Below are positions 1-10,036 of a stretch of DNA of 64,000 nt, piece after piece. Source of the stretch: Candidatus Binatia bacterium (GTDB lineage Bacteria > Desulfobacterota > Binatia > Bin18). How positions within the stretch are numbered: position 1 is the stretch's first letter; every line of letters starts with the position of its first letter. The notes beneath the pieces are model-generated. The model made no database searches and was not told the origin of the DNA. It saw nothing but the letters and a program-made list of their open reading frames with translations. The stretch lies in assembly GCA_963664395.2 (NCBI GenBank), contig OY761159.2, positions 736,001 through 800,000 on the forward strand. Reading direction: 5' to 3'. The position numbers and the translations under genes were made by a program.

Positions 1-2
1 GC

Positions 3-566
3 CTCGCAGAACTGGCCCGAGAGAGTGTCTCCTGGGGCAGCGGGCCTATCATCGGCAAAGGCAGTACAACCCGGATGCAGCCGGCCCACGCGTATGCGGC
101 CCATGTCGCTGATGTCGAGATCGATCCGGATACGGGCAAGGTAACCATCCTGCGCTATACCTGCTTCCAGGATGTCGGCAAAGCCATTAATCCAATCCAG
201 GTTGAAGGGCAGATCCAGGGTGGAGCCGTGCAGGGCATTGGGTGGGCGCTGAATGAAGAATATATTTTTGATAACGGCGAGCTGCAAAACGCCAGTCTGC
301 TGGACTATCGTTGTCCGGTGGCGCTTGACCTGCCCATGATCGAAACCGTTCTGATCGAAGTCCCCGCCTCAGAGGGCCCGTATGGGCTGCGCGGAGTCGG
401 AGAAGTGCCCATCGTTCCACCGGGCGCCGCCCTGGCAAATGCGATCTACCGCGCCACCGGCACCCGGCTGTACGAATTGCCCATGAATCCGGAACGGATT
501 TTTTGGGCTACGCACGGCAATGGCGCAAACGGGTCGCATAAGCCAAATGGATCAGACGGATCGTAG
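3..566 (+). CDS. Xanthine dehydrogenase/CoxL-family molybdopterin-binding subunit, C-terminal part (5' end outside the window)
   Basis: Frame is open from position 3. Motifs DVGKAINP..VEGQIQGG..QGIG.AL.E and G.RGVGE....P..AALANAI..ATG.R...LP are typical of Mo-hydroxylase large-subunit C-termini. Confidence 0.9.
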   Translation, partial: LAELARESVSWGSGPIIGKGSTTRMQPAHAYAAHVADVEIDPDTGKVTILRYTCFQDVGKAINPIQVEGQIQGGAVQGIGWALNEEYIFDNGELQNASLLDYRCPVALDLPMIETVLIEVPASEGPYGLRGVGEVPIVPPGAALANAIYRATGTRLYELPMNPERIFWATHGNGANGSHKPNGSDGS

Positions 567-647
567 AGGTCCGCGGTGTTGCCTTGTAGAGGCGGTCCCG
601 TTTTCCGCTGCCGCCGCCGAGCATCTTGCGGGCGGGAGCGACCGGCA

Positions 648-2009
648 CTACTCCGCGGTACTGTCACTACCCGTGAACACGATGTAGCCGGCCGCCTCTT
701 GGGCTTTGATCCGCTCCTCAAGTATGTCCGAGAGGAGGATCTTGCGCTCTTGGGGGAATTTATCCCGATAGAGATGGGGGCGCAGAAAAAATTCCTCGGG
801 AGTCCGAACCCCGGACTGTGTTTTGAGCGGTGCCGGGAACCAGGTGCGGCGCATAAAGTCGGGGTTAAAAAAGACATCCTTGTCTTCCTGTGTCCAGGCC
901 CGCATTTCCTGCGCATCATGGATTCCGTAGGAATAAAAATCCTGCTGCGGGTCCCACCATAAAGTAATCAGATTGTGATAACCACGTTCTTTGAGGCGCG
1001 GATTCATGAGTGCCGCGAGCCGCTCTTCCAGCAAGACCAGCTCTCCTTTTTTTCCATACAGCTCGGTCCGTAGCGGATAGAAAGCGTGCTGGTCTACCCA
1101 GAACAGGATACGCGGAACGTAGTAATCCGGAATCCAGTCCTGTTTGGCCGTGGCTTCTACCAGGTAGCAGCCTACCCCGCCATCTTCTCTATAGTGAGCA
1201 TACTCATCGCCCATCAGCTTCAACTCATGGGCCGCCACGTCGCGAAAAGACCCGTCCTCATTGCGCAGGGTGATGGACTGCCGTGTTTTCGGAAATCGGG
1301 CGGTCTCATATAAAACGTCAGTGCCCAGCAGCCGCCAGGAAAACTCCCAGGCGTCTCGCCCGAGAAAGTCATCATAGGCCATGGGTTGGTTGGGGAATTT
1401 GTCCTGACGACGGGGTTGGGGGAAACGGCGCACTCTGCGCAGGGTTGGAGAATAGCCGAACACGTCGGCCTTTTTTGTGGTCTGCCGGTCCGTACGGGAC
1501 GTGATGAACAGCAGTTGGTTGCCTCGATTTTCCGGGGGGGCAACATCTTGTGCCAGCCAGCGCGAATAGACCTCGCCCGGTTTGGCGGTGAGTTGTCCGA
1601 CCAGCCCTTCGGGGGCGCGGTGGTGAATCAGGGTGATAATCTGATTGATGAAAAGATAGCCGGTGGGAGTCAGGGTTCCGGAATCCTCAATCTGCACACA
1701 GTCCCAGCGCGGCATGTGAGGGAACTCCATAATCCGATAGCCTATTTCTTCGGCTGTATAGGGTGGCTTGAACGGATAGGGTTCTGCCGGCATATACGGG
1801 AAGCCTGCGTGTCGGGGCGCGTCAGTTGAAAAATCGAGGCGGGCGAGTTCCTCTTCAGAAAGCTCGGCTATTGTTCGCCAGGTCCGACTGTCATTGTCCT
1901 CAGCCGAAACCGCTCTGTCAGGGATACCCCCAAGCCAGACACCCAAGAAGAGTATTCCCCATAGCCAGCGGTGCAGGATGAAGATCGCATCGGTCTTCCC
2001 TCTCGACAT
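648..2009 (-). CDS. DUF1329 / outer-membrane lipoprotein-sorting-like exported protein
   Basis: 453 aa with an N-terminal signal-like segment. Motifs YSPTLRRVRR, YDDFLG, CYLVEA, RILFWVD and LRTELY. RBS ggagg upstream. Confidence 0.7.
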   Translation of the reverse strand: MSRGKTDAIFILHRWLWGILFLGVWLGGIPDRAVSAEDNDSRTWRTIAELSEEELARLDFSTDAPRHAGFPYMPAEPYPFKPPYTAEEIGYRIMEFPHMPRWDCVQIEDSGTLTPTGYLFINQIITLIHHRAPEGLVGQLTAKPGEVYSRWLAQDVAPPENRGNQLLFITSRTDRQTTKKADVFGYSPTLRRVRRFPQPRRQDKFPNQPMAYDDFLGRDAWEFSWRLLGTDVLYETARFPKTRQSITLRNEDGSFRDVAAHELKLMGDEYAHYREDGGVGCYLVEATAKQDWIPDYYVPRILFWVDQHAFYPLRTELYGKKGELVLLEERLAALMNPRLKERGYHNLITLWWDPQQDFYSYGIHDAQEMRAWTQEDKDVFFNPDFMRRTWFPAPLKTQSGVRTPEEFFLRPHLYRDKFPQERKILLSDILEERIKAQEAAGYIVFTGSDSTAE

Positions 2010-2117
2010 ACGTCCCTCCTTTCCAAGGCAGGTAGCCTTACCATACTCAGCATGAGAAGGGGAGAGGTTGAGGAGAATAGTTGTCGAGTTGCGCTCCCCC
2101 GATCTGCAATCTGAGTA

Positions 2118-2711
2118 TTATGCGACAGGAAATGCAGGAAATGCAGGAAATGCAGGAAATATCTGATGCGTAATGAAAATGTCAGCATCCTGCCGAGCAA
2201 AGAAAACCAAATGGATTTCTTTGAGAGAAGCGTTGGCCGCTAAGAGGTCGGCAATTGCCCGCGAGGCAACTGCCGCGGCCTCTTCACGCGGATAGCCGTA
2301 CACGCCGGTGGAGATGGCCGGGAAAGCCAGCGTCGTCAGGGTATGCTGTACGGCCAGCAAGAGCGCATTGCGGTAACAGGCAGCAAGAAGATCAGCCGCC
2401 TGTTCTCCGGCAGCACCATAGACCGGCCCAACCGTATGAATCACATGTTGGGCCGGCATTCGCCCTGCCGTCGTGATGACGGCTTCGCCCGTCGGCAGAC
2501 CATCAGGATAACGAGTCCGCCGCAGTTCCCGACAGGCCGCTACAATATCCGGACCGCCCGCCCGATGAATGGCGCCATCCACACCCCCGCCACCCAGCAA
2601 GGTCGAGTTGGCCGCATTCACCACGGCATCGACCTGCTGTTGGGTAATGTCCCCCACCAGCACGGAAACGCGACCATTAAGAAATGTGGGCAGTATCGAA
2701 TCCTGCGACAT
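2118..2711 (-). CDS. ymdB: Macro-domain O-acetyl-ADP-ribose deacetylase
   Basis: GDIT, VNAAN..LLGGGGVDGAIHRAGG, VIHTVGP and AFPAISTGVYGYP motifs. Confidence 0.9.
   Translation of the reverse strand: MSQDSILPTFLNGRVSVLVGDITQQQVDAVVNAANSTLLGGGGVDGAIHRAGGPDIVAACRELRRTRYPDGLPTGEAVITTAGRMPAQHVIHTVGPVYGAAGEQAADLLAACYRNALLLAVQHTLTTLAFPAISTGVYGYPREEAAAVASRAIADLLAANASLKEIHLVFFARQDADIFITHQIFPAFPAFPAFPVA
2126..2161. repeat. 9-bp tandem repeat (caggaaatg) x4 encoding the FPA repeats at the macro-domain C-terminus
   Basis: Seen directly: three perfect units plus caggaaata. Confidence 0.95.
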
Positions 2712-2744
2712 ACGAGCGGCCTCAAGTAAGGGCCCTCTCTCGAT

Positions 2745-2927
2745 TTAATCTTCCTGAACGGTCAGTGCCCCTGACGGACATTTGGCAACGACTGCCCGGA
2801 CTTCGTCCTCCGGCGCTGCGCTCGGATCGATCACGAACTTCCCGTCTTCGACCTTAAAGACTTGCGGCAGACTCTTCACACAATTCGCCGAATGCGTGCA
2901 GACTTCCTCATCCCAATTCACTTTCAT
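2745..2927 (-). CDS. Small divergent 4Fe-4S mono-cluster protein (YjdI-like)
   Basis: MKVNWDEEVCTHSANCVKSLPQVF...CPSGAL, with RBS ggagg before ATG 2927. Confidence 0.85.
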   Translation of the reverse strand: MKVNWDEEVCTHSANCVKSLPQVFKVEDGKFVIDPSAAPEDEVRAVVAKCPSGALTVQED

Positions 2928-3137
2928 ACTACGCCCTCCCGTATGGTGTTGATTTCCGTACCCTAGCGCTTTCAATAGGCAGTCGGCAAGGCGGCTTTAC
3001 AGCGGCAGGCTGTTTGTGTCACCTCTCACCGCAGGAGCAGATAACAAAAGTCGGCCTTCTGAGGCCCTTGACTGCCTGACTTTTGTGGCATTCCTCGGAC
3101 GAATCTGTTAGAGGAGGGGCAGGAGGGCCAGCACCGT

Positions 3138-3629
3138 ATGAAACAACTCCGCGTGATTACCGATAAATGCACAAGCTGCATGCAGTGCGAGTTGGCTTGT
3201 GCCTTTGTCCAGACCGGGACCTTTCAGCCGTCCCGGTCTGTCATTCGCGTCCACATCTTCGACGAGCAAGCCGTCTACGCGCCCTATACCTGCTTCCAGT
3301 GCGATGAGGCTTGGTGTCTGACGGCCTGTCCGGTGAATGCGATTGCCATTGACCCGGACACAGCAGCGAAAGTCGTGATGGACGATGTGTGTGTCGGCTG
3401 TGCGGTCTGCACGGTTGCCTGCCCCTACGGCACCATGTTCTATAACCCGGATACCCACAAAGCCTTCAAGTGTGACCTGTGTGGCGGCGACCCGGCTTGC
3501 GTCAAGTCCTGCCCGACCGGCGCACTCGAATACGTGGATATGGATCAGCCGGACTGGCTGGCGAGCTGGGCGGACAAAGTCAACCAAGGCTTTCAACATA
3601 TGCAGGACGAAGAAGGAGGCAACGCATGA
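3138..3629 (+). CDS. aorA: 4Fe-4S dicluster electron-transfer subunit of AOR
   Basis: Four CxxC..C/CP clusters; ATGA overlap with the AOR catalytic gene. Confidence 0.85.
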   Translation: MKQLRVITDKCTSCMQCELACAFVQTGTFQPSRSVIRVHIFDEQAVYAPYTCFQCDEAWCLTACPVNAIAIDPDTAAKVVMDDVCVGCAVCTVACPYGTMFYNPDTHKAFKCDLCGGDPACVKSCPTGALEYVDMDQPDWLASWADKVNQGFQHMQDEEGGNA

Positions 3630-5485
3630 GCGCGACGAACATAATGAACGGTTGGGTCGGCACTGTCCTGCGCGTTAATCTGACCACCGGCGCCATCAGC
3701 AAAGAGCCGCTGAATGCCGAATGGGCCAGAGACTATGTCGGCGGCCGCGGGCTCGGCGTCAAATATCTCTACGAAGAGATGGACCCCAGTGTCGATCCGT
3801 TCAGCCCGGATAACAAAATGATCTTTGCCACCGGTCCGCTGACAGGCACCAACGCCTCGTGTGGCGCACGCTATATGGTCGTCACCAAGGGCGCGCTGAC
3901 CAATGCCATTACCACCTCGAATTCCGGCGGCTTCTGGGGACCGGAAATGAAATTCGCCGGCTATGACATGATCATCCTGGAGGGCAAGGCCGAGAAGCCG
4001 TCTTATCTATGGATATATGACGACCGGGTTGAACTGCGTGACGCGACCCACCTGTGGGGCAAGACGGTCTGGCAAACTGAAGAAAAGTTGCGCGTCGAAC
4101 TCGGCGTGCCGGATTCCATCATCGCCAGCATCGGCCCGGCAGGAGAAAATCTAGTCCGCTTTGCCTGCATTATGAACGACCTGCACCGGGCCGCGGGCCG
4201 GTCCGGCGTGGGCGCGGTCATGGGCTCCAAGAATCTCAAGGCGATTGCTCTGCGCGGAACCGGCGGGGTGTCCTTGGCCGACCCGCAAGCCTATATGGAA
4301 GGCCAATGGGCCATGAAGGAGAAGCTGCGGCAGTCGCCCGTGACCGCCGAGGGCCTGCCCATGTACGGTACGGAAGTGCTGGTCAACGTGATTAACGAAC
4401 ACGGCGCACTGCCGACTCGCAATCACCAGGAAACTGTCTTTGCAGAGGCCGAAAACATCAGCGGCGAAACCCTGACCGAGACCCGCCTGGTTGCCAATAA
4501 AGCCTGTTTTGCCTGCACCATCGCCTGTGGCCGGGTCAGTACTCTGCCGGGCGAAGCCGCCTCGAAATACTCGGTCACAACGAATCCGCAGAACTGGAAA
4601 ATCGCCGGGGAAGGCCCCGAATACGAAGCCGCCTGGGCCATGGGCTCCGAATGTGGAATCGGCGACCTGGACGCGCTTATTAAAGCCAACTGGCTGTGTA
4701 ACGATCTGGGTATGGACTCAATCAGCTTTGGGGCCAGCGTGGCCGCGGCCATGGAGTTGTTCGAGAAGGGCGTGATCACACAGAGTGAAACCGAGATTCC
4801 GATTGAGTTCGGCAGTGCGGAAGCCTTGATCGTCATGGCCGAAAAAACGGCCTACCGCCAGGGCTTTGGCGATGCGATTGCCGAAGGCTCCAAACGCATG
4901 ACCGAGACGCTGGGTCGGCCGGAGTTCTTTATGGGCGTTCGCGGGCAGGAGTTTGCCGCGTATGAAGCCCGTGCCATCCAAGGCATGGGACTCGGCTACG
5001 CGACCTCAAACCGCGGCGCGTGTCATCTGAAAGCCTATACCGTTGCTGCCGAGATTCTCGGCCTACCGCGTCAGATGGACCCGCGCGCCACAGAAGAGAA
5101 AGCCGAGATTACCAAAATATTCCAGGACGCGACCTCAACCGTTGACGCCACCGGCCTGTGCCAGTTTCTCACCTTTGGGGTTGGCCTGGAAGAAATGTTG
5201 CCCCAACTGTCAGCCGCCACCGGCGTGCCGTATACGCTTGAAGGACTCATGCAAATCGGCGAACGCATCTGGAACCTGGAGCGGCTGTGGAACGAGCGGG
5301 CGGGCTTCACCGGCAAGGACGATACGTTGCCCAAGCGTATTCTGGAAGAGCCCATCCCGTCCGGCCCGGCCAAGGGCGAGGTCAACCGCCTGGGTGAAAT
5401 GCTGCCCGAGTACTACGAACTGCGAGGCTGGGATAAGGACGGCATCATCTCCGAAGCAAAGAAGAAAGAGTTGGGGCTGGAGTAA
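3626..5485 (+). CDS. aorB: Tungsten-containing aldehyde:ferredoxin oxidoreductase, catalytic subunit
   Basis: LRVNLT, YVGGRGLG, SNSGG, IGPAGENLV, AAGRSGVGAVMGSKNLKAI, CxxCxIxC, GPEYE, DLGMDSI and RGACH motifs. Confidence 0.92.
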   Translation: MSATNIMNGWVGTVLRVNLTTGAISKEPLNAEWARDYVGGRGLGVKYLYEEMDPSVDPFSPDNKMIFATGPLTGTNASCGARYMVVTKGALTNAITTSNSGGFWGPEMKFAGYDMIILEGKAEKPSYLWIYDDRVELRDATHLWGKTVWQTEEKLRVELGVPDSIIASIGPAGENLVRFACIMNDLHRAAGRSGVGAVMGSKNLKAIALRGTGGVSLADPQAYMEGQWAMKEKLRQSPVTAEGLPMYGTEVLVNVINEHGALPTRNHQETVFAEAENISGETLTETRLVANKACFACTIACGRVSTLPGEAASKYSVTTNPQNWKIAGEGPEYEAAWAMGSECGIGDLDALIKANWLCNDLGMDSISFGASVAAAMELFEKGVITQSETEIPIEFGSAEALIVMAEKTAYRQGFGDAIAEGSKRMTETLGRPEFFMGVRGQEFAAYEARAIQGMGLGYATSNRGACHLKAYTVAAEILGLPRQMDPRATEEKAEITKIFQDATSTVDATGLCQFLTFGVGLEEMLPQLSAATGVPYTLEGLMQIGERIWNLERLWNERAGFTGKDDTLPKRILEEPIPSGPAKGEVNRLGEMLPEYYELRGWDKDGIISEAKKKELGLE

Positions 5486-5495
5486 AATATTCAGG

Positions 5496-5527
5496 CCCCC
5501 TAACCCTCTCCCACCAGGGGAGAGGGA
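5496..5527. repeat. REP-like palindrome (CCCTAACCCTCTCCC..GGGAGAGGG family)
   Basis: Hairpin ccctctccc-accag-gggagaggg; related copies at 33519 and 61075-61172. Confidence 0.7.
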
Positions 5528-5563
5528 ATAAGAATCGAAGAGGCGACCGTAGAAAGAAGAGCC

Positions 5564-7012
5564 ATGGCACAACATATCATTATTGGTGGGGGACCGGCCG
5601 GAGTGGCGGCGGCGGAGACGCTCCGCGCCACCGCAGGCCCTGAGGCGGAGATTACGCTCATCTCCAACGAGCCGGCCTACTCGCGCATGGTCCTGCCCTA
5701 CTATCTGGCGAACGATATTCCGGAGCGGCATGTGCTGACCGGAGACGCGGCCTATTTTGAAAAGCATGGCATTGCATCCGTGTCCGGTCAGGTTGAGCAC
5801 CTCGATGCCCAAGCCCGCACAGTCACACTCGGTGACGGCTCAAGCCACGCGTTTGATACCTTACTCATCGCCACCGGCTCTTCGGCCCAGCGTCCTCCCA
5901 TTTCCGGCATTGATCAGGAAGGCGTGTACACATTCTGGACGCTCGCAGATGCAAAACAGGTCATGGCCAAAGCGCAAGGCACGCCCAGGGCGGTACTCGT
6001 AGGTGCCGGCTTTATTGGCTTCATTGTCCTGAACGCCATGGCCAAGTTGGGCTGGAATCTCTCAGTGGTCGAAACCGAGCCGCAGGTCCTCCCGCGCATG
6101 CTCGACGCCACCGGCGCGGAAGCGGTCGGAGGCTGGCTGGCGGACCGGGATGTGGCCGTTCATACCGGCGCCCAAGTCCAAAGCATCACCCGTGAGGACG
6201 AGACCCTCAGCCTGTCGCTGAGCAGCGGTGCAAGCCTGAGTGCGGATATTGTCATTTTGGCCACAGGCATTCAGCCCAACCTGGGATTTCTCAACGGCTC
6301 CGGCATTCACATTGACGGCGGCATTGTGGTGGATGACCGCATGCAAACCAATATCCCCGGCATCTACGCGGCAGGTGATGTCGCGGCCGGACCGGAACTG
6401 TTGAACGGCTCGGCCGCGGTTCATGCGATTCAACCAACCGCCGTGGACCACGGCCGGATTGCCGGCGCCAATATGGCCGGCAAAGAGACGCACTATCCGG
6501 GCAGCCTGCTGCTCAACGTATTGGATGTCATCAATCTGCACTGCGCCAGCTTTGGCCAGTGGCGCACAGATGAGACAGATGCGACAGATGGGAATGACTC
6601 GATCACAACAATCTGGAACCCGACACGACCGATTTATCGCAAATACGTCTGGCACGGGGACCGCATGATCGGGGCGCTGTTTGTCGGACCGATTGACGAC
6701 GTCACCATGCTGAACGACGTTGGTATGGTCAAAGGACTCATTCAGACGAAGCTAGCCCTGGGAAACTGGGCGGACTACGTAAAAGAGAACCCGACCGATG
6801 TGCGTCGAGCCTATGTCGCGACCGGCGTAGCGCAGAAACTGGTCGGTCAAACACTCTTAGGCGCACCCGCCACAGCGCGTGCCTACCGGGTAGACGGTAA
6901 AACGCCCCAAGCCTGGCAAAAAGACTCGCACGCACCCCTCATCGGTTCACGGCCAGACACGCTGGATACGCTCCCGCGAACACCGACCCCAGGCATTGGA
7001 AAGGGTGAATAA
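5564..7012 (+). CDS. FAD/NAD(P)-dependent oxidoreductase (AorC-like)
   Basis: GGGPAG FAD motif, LLIATGS, GAGFIG NAD motif, TNIPGIYAAGD; lies inside the aor operon. Confidence 0.85.
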   Translation: MAQHIIIGGGPAGVAAAETLRATAGPEAEITLISNEPAYSRMVLPYYLANDIPERHVLTGDAAYFEKHGIASVSGQVEHLDAQARTVTLGDGSSHAFDTLLIATGSSAQRPPISGIDQEGVYTFWTLADAKQVMAKAQGTPRAVLVGAGFIGFIVLNAMAKLGWNLSVVETEPQVLPRMLDATGAEAVGGWLADRDVAVHTGAQVQSITREDETLSLSLSSGASLSADIVILATGIQPNLGFLNGSGIHIDGGIVVDDRMQTNIPGIYAAGDVAAGPELLNGSAAVHAIQPTAVDHGRIAGANMAGKETHYPGSLLLNVLDVINLHCASFGQWRTDETDATDGNDSITTIWNPTRPIYRKYVWHGDRMIGALFVGPIDDVTMLNDVGMVKGLIQTKLALGNWADYVKENPTDVRRAYVATGVAQKLVGQTLLGAPATARAYRVDGKTPQAWQKDSHAPLIGSRPDTLDTLPRTPTPGIGKGE

Positions 7013-7015
7013 TCG

Positions 7016-7285
7016 ATGCAGGTCAGTATCAAACTCTTTGCCACTCTTCGGAAAAAACTCCCCAAAGGCTCTATGGGGAAAGCCACGCTTGACCTCGTAG
7101 ATCAGGCAACCATCAACGACCTGATTCAACAACTCGACGTTCCCCTCGACCTGGCCCAGATGGTTCTGGTCAACGGCGAGCAAACCCGGGAGTTCGATCA
7201 GGCGCTTACGGACGGCGACCAGGTCAGCATATTCCCACCGGTGGCGGGGGGAGCGAGTGAAGCCTCTTACGTGAAAAGACGGTAA
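7016..7285 (+). CDS. MoaD/ThiS-family sulfur carrier with a 10-aa extension after the GG motif
   Basis: VSIKLFATLR...VLVNG...LTDGDQVSIFPPVAGG, followed by ASEASYVKRR. Confidence 0.85.
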   Translation: MQVSIKLFATLRKKLPKGSMGKATLDLVDQATINDLIQQLDVPLDLAQMVLVNGEQTREFDQALTDGDQVSIFPPVAGGASEASYVKRR

Positions 7286-7344
7286 GACCTTATTTCTATA
7301 ACCCGCCTTTTCACTGCCCGCCTTCCTTCAGCCAGTTCACCCAC

Positions 7345-9084
7345 TCAGCGGGGAATAACCGGCAACACCACATGCGAGGGATGCGCGTCATCATGAAAGA
7401 CGCGCTGCAGGGCGGGCTCCAGGCGACTGGCCTCGCCACCGGCCTCGCCGGTTTGCGGGTTGCGATCAAAACGCGGAAAGTTTGAACTGGCGATGTCAAG
7501 ACGAATACGGTGACCTGCTTTGAAAACATTGCTGGTCGCCCACAGGTCTAGGGTAAACTCGTAGACCTCACCTGGCTTGAGGAGCGTGGCCTGAGCTTTC
7601 GAGACTCGATAGCGGCCACGCATGATCCCGTCAGTCAGATTCTGGGCGTATCCTTCGGGATGCACATCGACCAGCTTGGCCGTAAAATCCGTATCCACCG
7701 CGCTGGTGGCCGCATACAGCGTCAGCGTGACAGGTCCGGTGACCTCGACATCCTGCTCAAGTACGGGGGTGGTGTACACCAGGACGTCTTCCCGCTCTTC
7801 CACCGAACGTTGATCGAACGCGCCACCGGGTACGGCCGCCGGCCAGCAGCATAGCCCGCCGCCTTTGGTCGGAACGGGGTGACGCGGATCAGACACAAAC
7901 ACGTCAGCCGGTTCGCTCCGCGGAGCCTCGGGACTTAATGTTCCATCACCGCGCAGGCTGTTCGCGTTGCCGGCACTGTGCAAATAGTAGGGCGTGTAGC
8001 GCGTCCGAGCCAGCGGCCATTCGTTTTCATTCCGCCAGGTATTATGACCCATGACAAAAATACGCACCGGCGGCTCTTCCAACAGGCCGTTCTGTTTGCC
8101 CTTGAGCCAGTAGTCAAACCATTTGAGGTGCAGGCCGTCCAGGTCGGCGGCTAATGAAGTACTCGATAACCCGAAATTCGCTTCGCCGACAATATTGCTC
8201 AGCGGCAACGTATGGTGCCACGGGCCGATAACGAGTTTCTGACCGTTTCGAGCCTCTGCCGTAGCGCCCCGCTCACGCATACCCAGATAGTTCCGAATCG
8301 TGCCGCCCAGGAAGATGTCATACCAGCCGCCAACATTACACGCCGGAATGGGAATCGTGTCATGCCGATTTTCGATATTGAGCTGTGCCCAGTAGTCGTC
8401 ATCGTCCGGATGCGCCAGCCAGTCGTAAAAGTACGGCGCCGACTTGCTCAAGAACGGAAAATCCTTAAGCGGGAGATGACGAAACGCCTCACACATATCA
8501 TCAATCCCGGACAGGAGCTGTCCGACGTCGTCCCGCAGTTCGGGCTGTTCCCTGGCAAGACGCATGGCCGTATCGGGCGCCAGGCCGGTCATGGTCCAGC
8601 TCGCATTAAAGCCAAGCGCAAAGGCTCCGCCCTGATAGGTCCAGCCTTCGTGATAATCGGACGCCGTAATCAGCGGGAAGATGGCTTTCAAATGGGGCGG
8701 CTTGCTCAAGGCGGCCAACCATTGGGTGGCACCAACGTAGGACGCGCCATACATACCCACGTTCCCGTCCGACCAGGGCTGTACGGCACACCACTCAACG
8801 GTGTCGTAGCCATCGGCTATGTCATCCCGAAAGGTGTAGAACTCTCCGTCCGAGGCGTAGCGTCCACGCGAGTCCTGGATGACAACGGCATAGCCCTCAC
8901 TGGCTGTCCGGATGACATCAAGCATGAGCATGGAAATAGTCGTCAGCCCTTTGTCGTACGGGGTCCGCTGCAAGATAACCGGATGCGTTCCCGTAGCCGG
9001 GCGATAGACATCGGCTCGCAACAGCGTGCCGTCCCGCATGGGGACGGCCACATCTTTTTCAACAATCAGTGTGGACTCGCTCAT
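7345..9084 (-). CDS. CocE/NonD-family (S15) alpha/beta hydrolase
   Basis: VPMRDG..L.ADVYRP, RTPY, GMYGASY nucleophile, GWYD and GPW.H; RBS aaggagg before ATG 9084. Confidence 0.9.
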   Translation of the reverse strand: MSESTLIVEKDVAVPMRDGTLLRADVYRPATGTHPVILQRTPYDKGLTTISMLMLDVIRTASEGYAVVIQDSRGRYASDGEFYTFRDDIADGYDTVEWCAVQPWSDGNVGMYGASYVGATQWLAALSKPPHLKAIFPLITASDYHEGWTYQGGAFALGFNASWTMTGLAPDTAMRLAREQPELRDDVGQLLSGIDDMCEAFRHLPLKDFPFLSKSAPYFYDWLAHPDDDDYWAQLNIENRHDTIPIPACNVGGWYDIFLGGTIRNYLGMRERGATAEARNGQKLVIGPWHHTLPLSNIVGEANFGLSSTSLAADLDGLHLKWFDYWLKGKQNGLLEEPPVRIFVMGHNTWRNENEWPLARTRYTPYYLHSAGNANSLRGDGTLSPEAPRSEPADVFVSDPRHPVPTKGGGLCCWPAAVPGGAFDQRSVEEREDVLVYTTPVLEQDVEVTGPVTLTLYAATSAVDTDFTAKLVDVHPEGYAQNLTDGIMRGRYRVSKAQATLLKPGEVYEFTLDLWATSNVFKAGHRIRLDIASSNFPRFDRNPQTGEAGGEASRLEPALQRVFHDDAHPSHVVLPVIPR

Positions 9085-9094
9085 ACTCGCCTCC

Positions 9095-10036
9095 TTAATT
9101 TCCAGACACACAATCGACCCGCCCGAACAGGGCGGCCAGTCGCTCGCAGTCTGTCGCGGCCAGCGGCTCTTCGAGCAAAGAGGCAACATTCTCTTTGAGA
9201 TGCCCGACATTGCCGGTTCCGGTCAGGACGCTGTCCATCCCAGGCTCGTGCCGACAGTAGCGGTAGGCCGCCTCGGGAATAGTCCCCGCTTTCCCATTTT
9301 CAGTCAAAAAGCCAAGCAGGTTCTGGGTCTCACACAGGGCTGGATCGATTTGGTTTTTGTCTTTGAGTTCAGCCAGAATCTTTTTCAGGTAATCCGGGCG
9401 GCTGAGCGCGTTCCGCACGGCAAACATGCCCATGGTCCCAATGCGCTTGGCCTGCGTTTTTGGGAACACCCGCTGGCGGGCGGATTGGTTCAAAAAATTA
9501 AACCCGATCATCATCACATCCCAGCAGTCGTCCTGAAGCGCCTGCTCCGCCATCGCGTGCTGCGGGTCGGGAATAAAGGCTTCGGTCACACCGACAAAGC
9601 GTACCTTGCCCTGCTCTTGCAGCCGCAGCAGTACCGGGCAGAGCGTGTCGCGGGCGTATTCATACTGCTCGACCCGGACGCCGTGCAGATAAAAGACATC
9701 CACATAGTCGGTCTGTAAGCGCTTGAGGCTGTGTTCAACCCCGCGCCGGAGTTCACCGCTTGGGTCGTCACTCTCACGGGCCGGACACAGCTTCTTTGTA
9801 GAAATGACGAGGTGATCGCGGACAACGCCCTGTATCGCCTTCCCCACAATGCTCTCAGTCCCATAGGCTTCGGCAGTGTCAATCAGGTTGATTCCCAAAT
9901 CCAATGCCTGGCGAACGACCTCAATAGATTCTTGCTCGGTTCTGCCGGTTTTCTGTCCCAGTCGGCTGTGGCCGCCACAACCCAAGCCGGCCACGCTGAC
10001 ATTGAGACCAGTTCGTCCGAGGGTGGTGTATTGCAT
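9095..10036 (-). CDS. Aldo/keto reductase
   Basis: LGRTGLNVS..GLG, GINLIDTA..YG, SLKRLQTDYVD..YLH and GKVRFVGV motifs. Confidence 0.9.
   Translation of the reverse strand: MQYTTLGRTGLNVSVAGLGCGGHSRLGQKTGRTEQESIEVVRQALDLGINLIDTAEAYGTESIVGKAIQGVVRDHLVISTKKLCPARESDDPSGELRRGVEHSLKRLQTDYVDVFYLHGVRVEQYEYARDTLCPVLLRLQEQGKVRFVGVTEAFIPDPQHAMAEQALQDDCWDVMMIGFNFLNQSARQRVFPKTQAKRIGTMGMFAVRNALSRPDYLKKILAELKDKNQIDPALCETQNLLGFLTENGKAGTIPEAAYRYCRHEPGMDSVLTGTGNVGHLKENVASLLEEPLAATDCERLAALFGRVDCVSGN

Noticed and set aside
2010-2117. ttggaaaggag resembling the 3' end of a Moco riboswitch
   Set aside because: Explained by the Shine-Dalgarno sequence of the DUF1329 gene; the upstream structure is missing.
2976-3137. 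Moco/Tuco riboswitch upstream of the AOR operon
   Set aside because: Only a spaced inverted repeat (acaaaagtc...gacttttgt) is present; the conserved riboswitch motifs are not recognisable.
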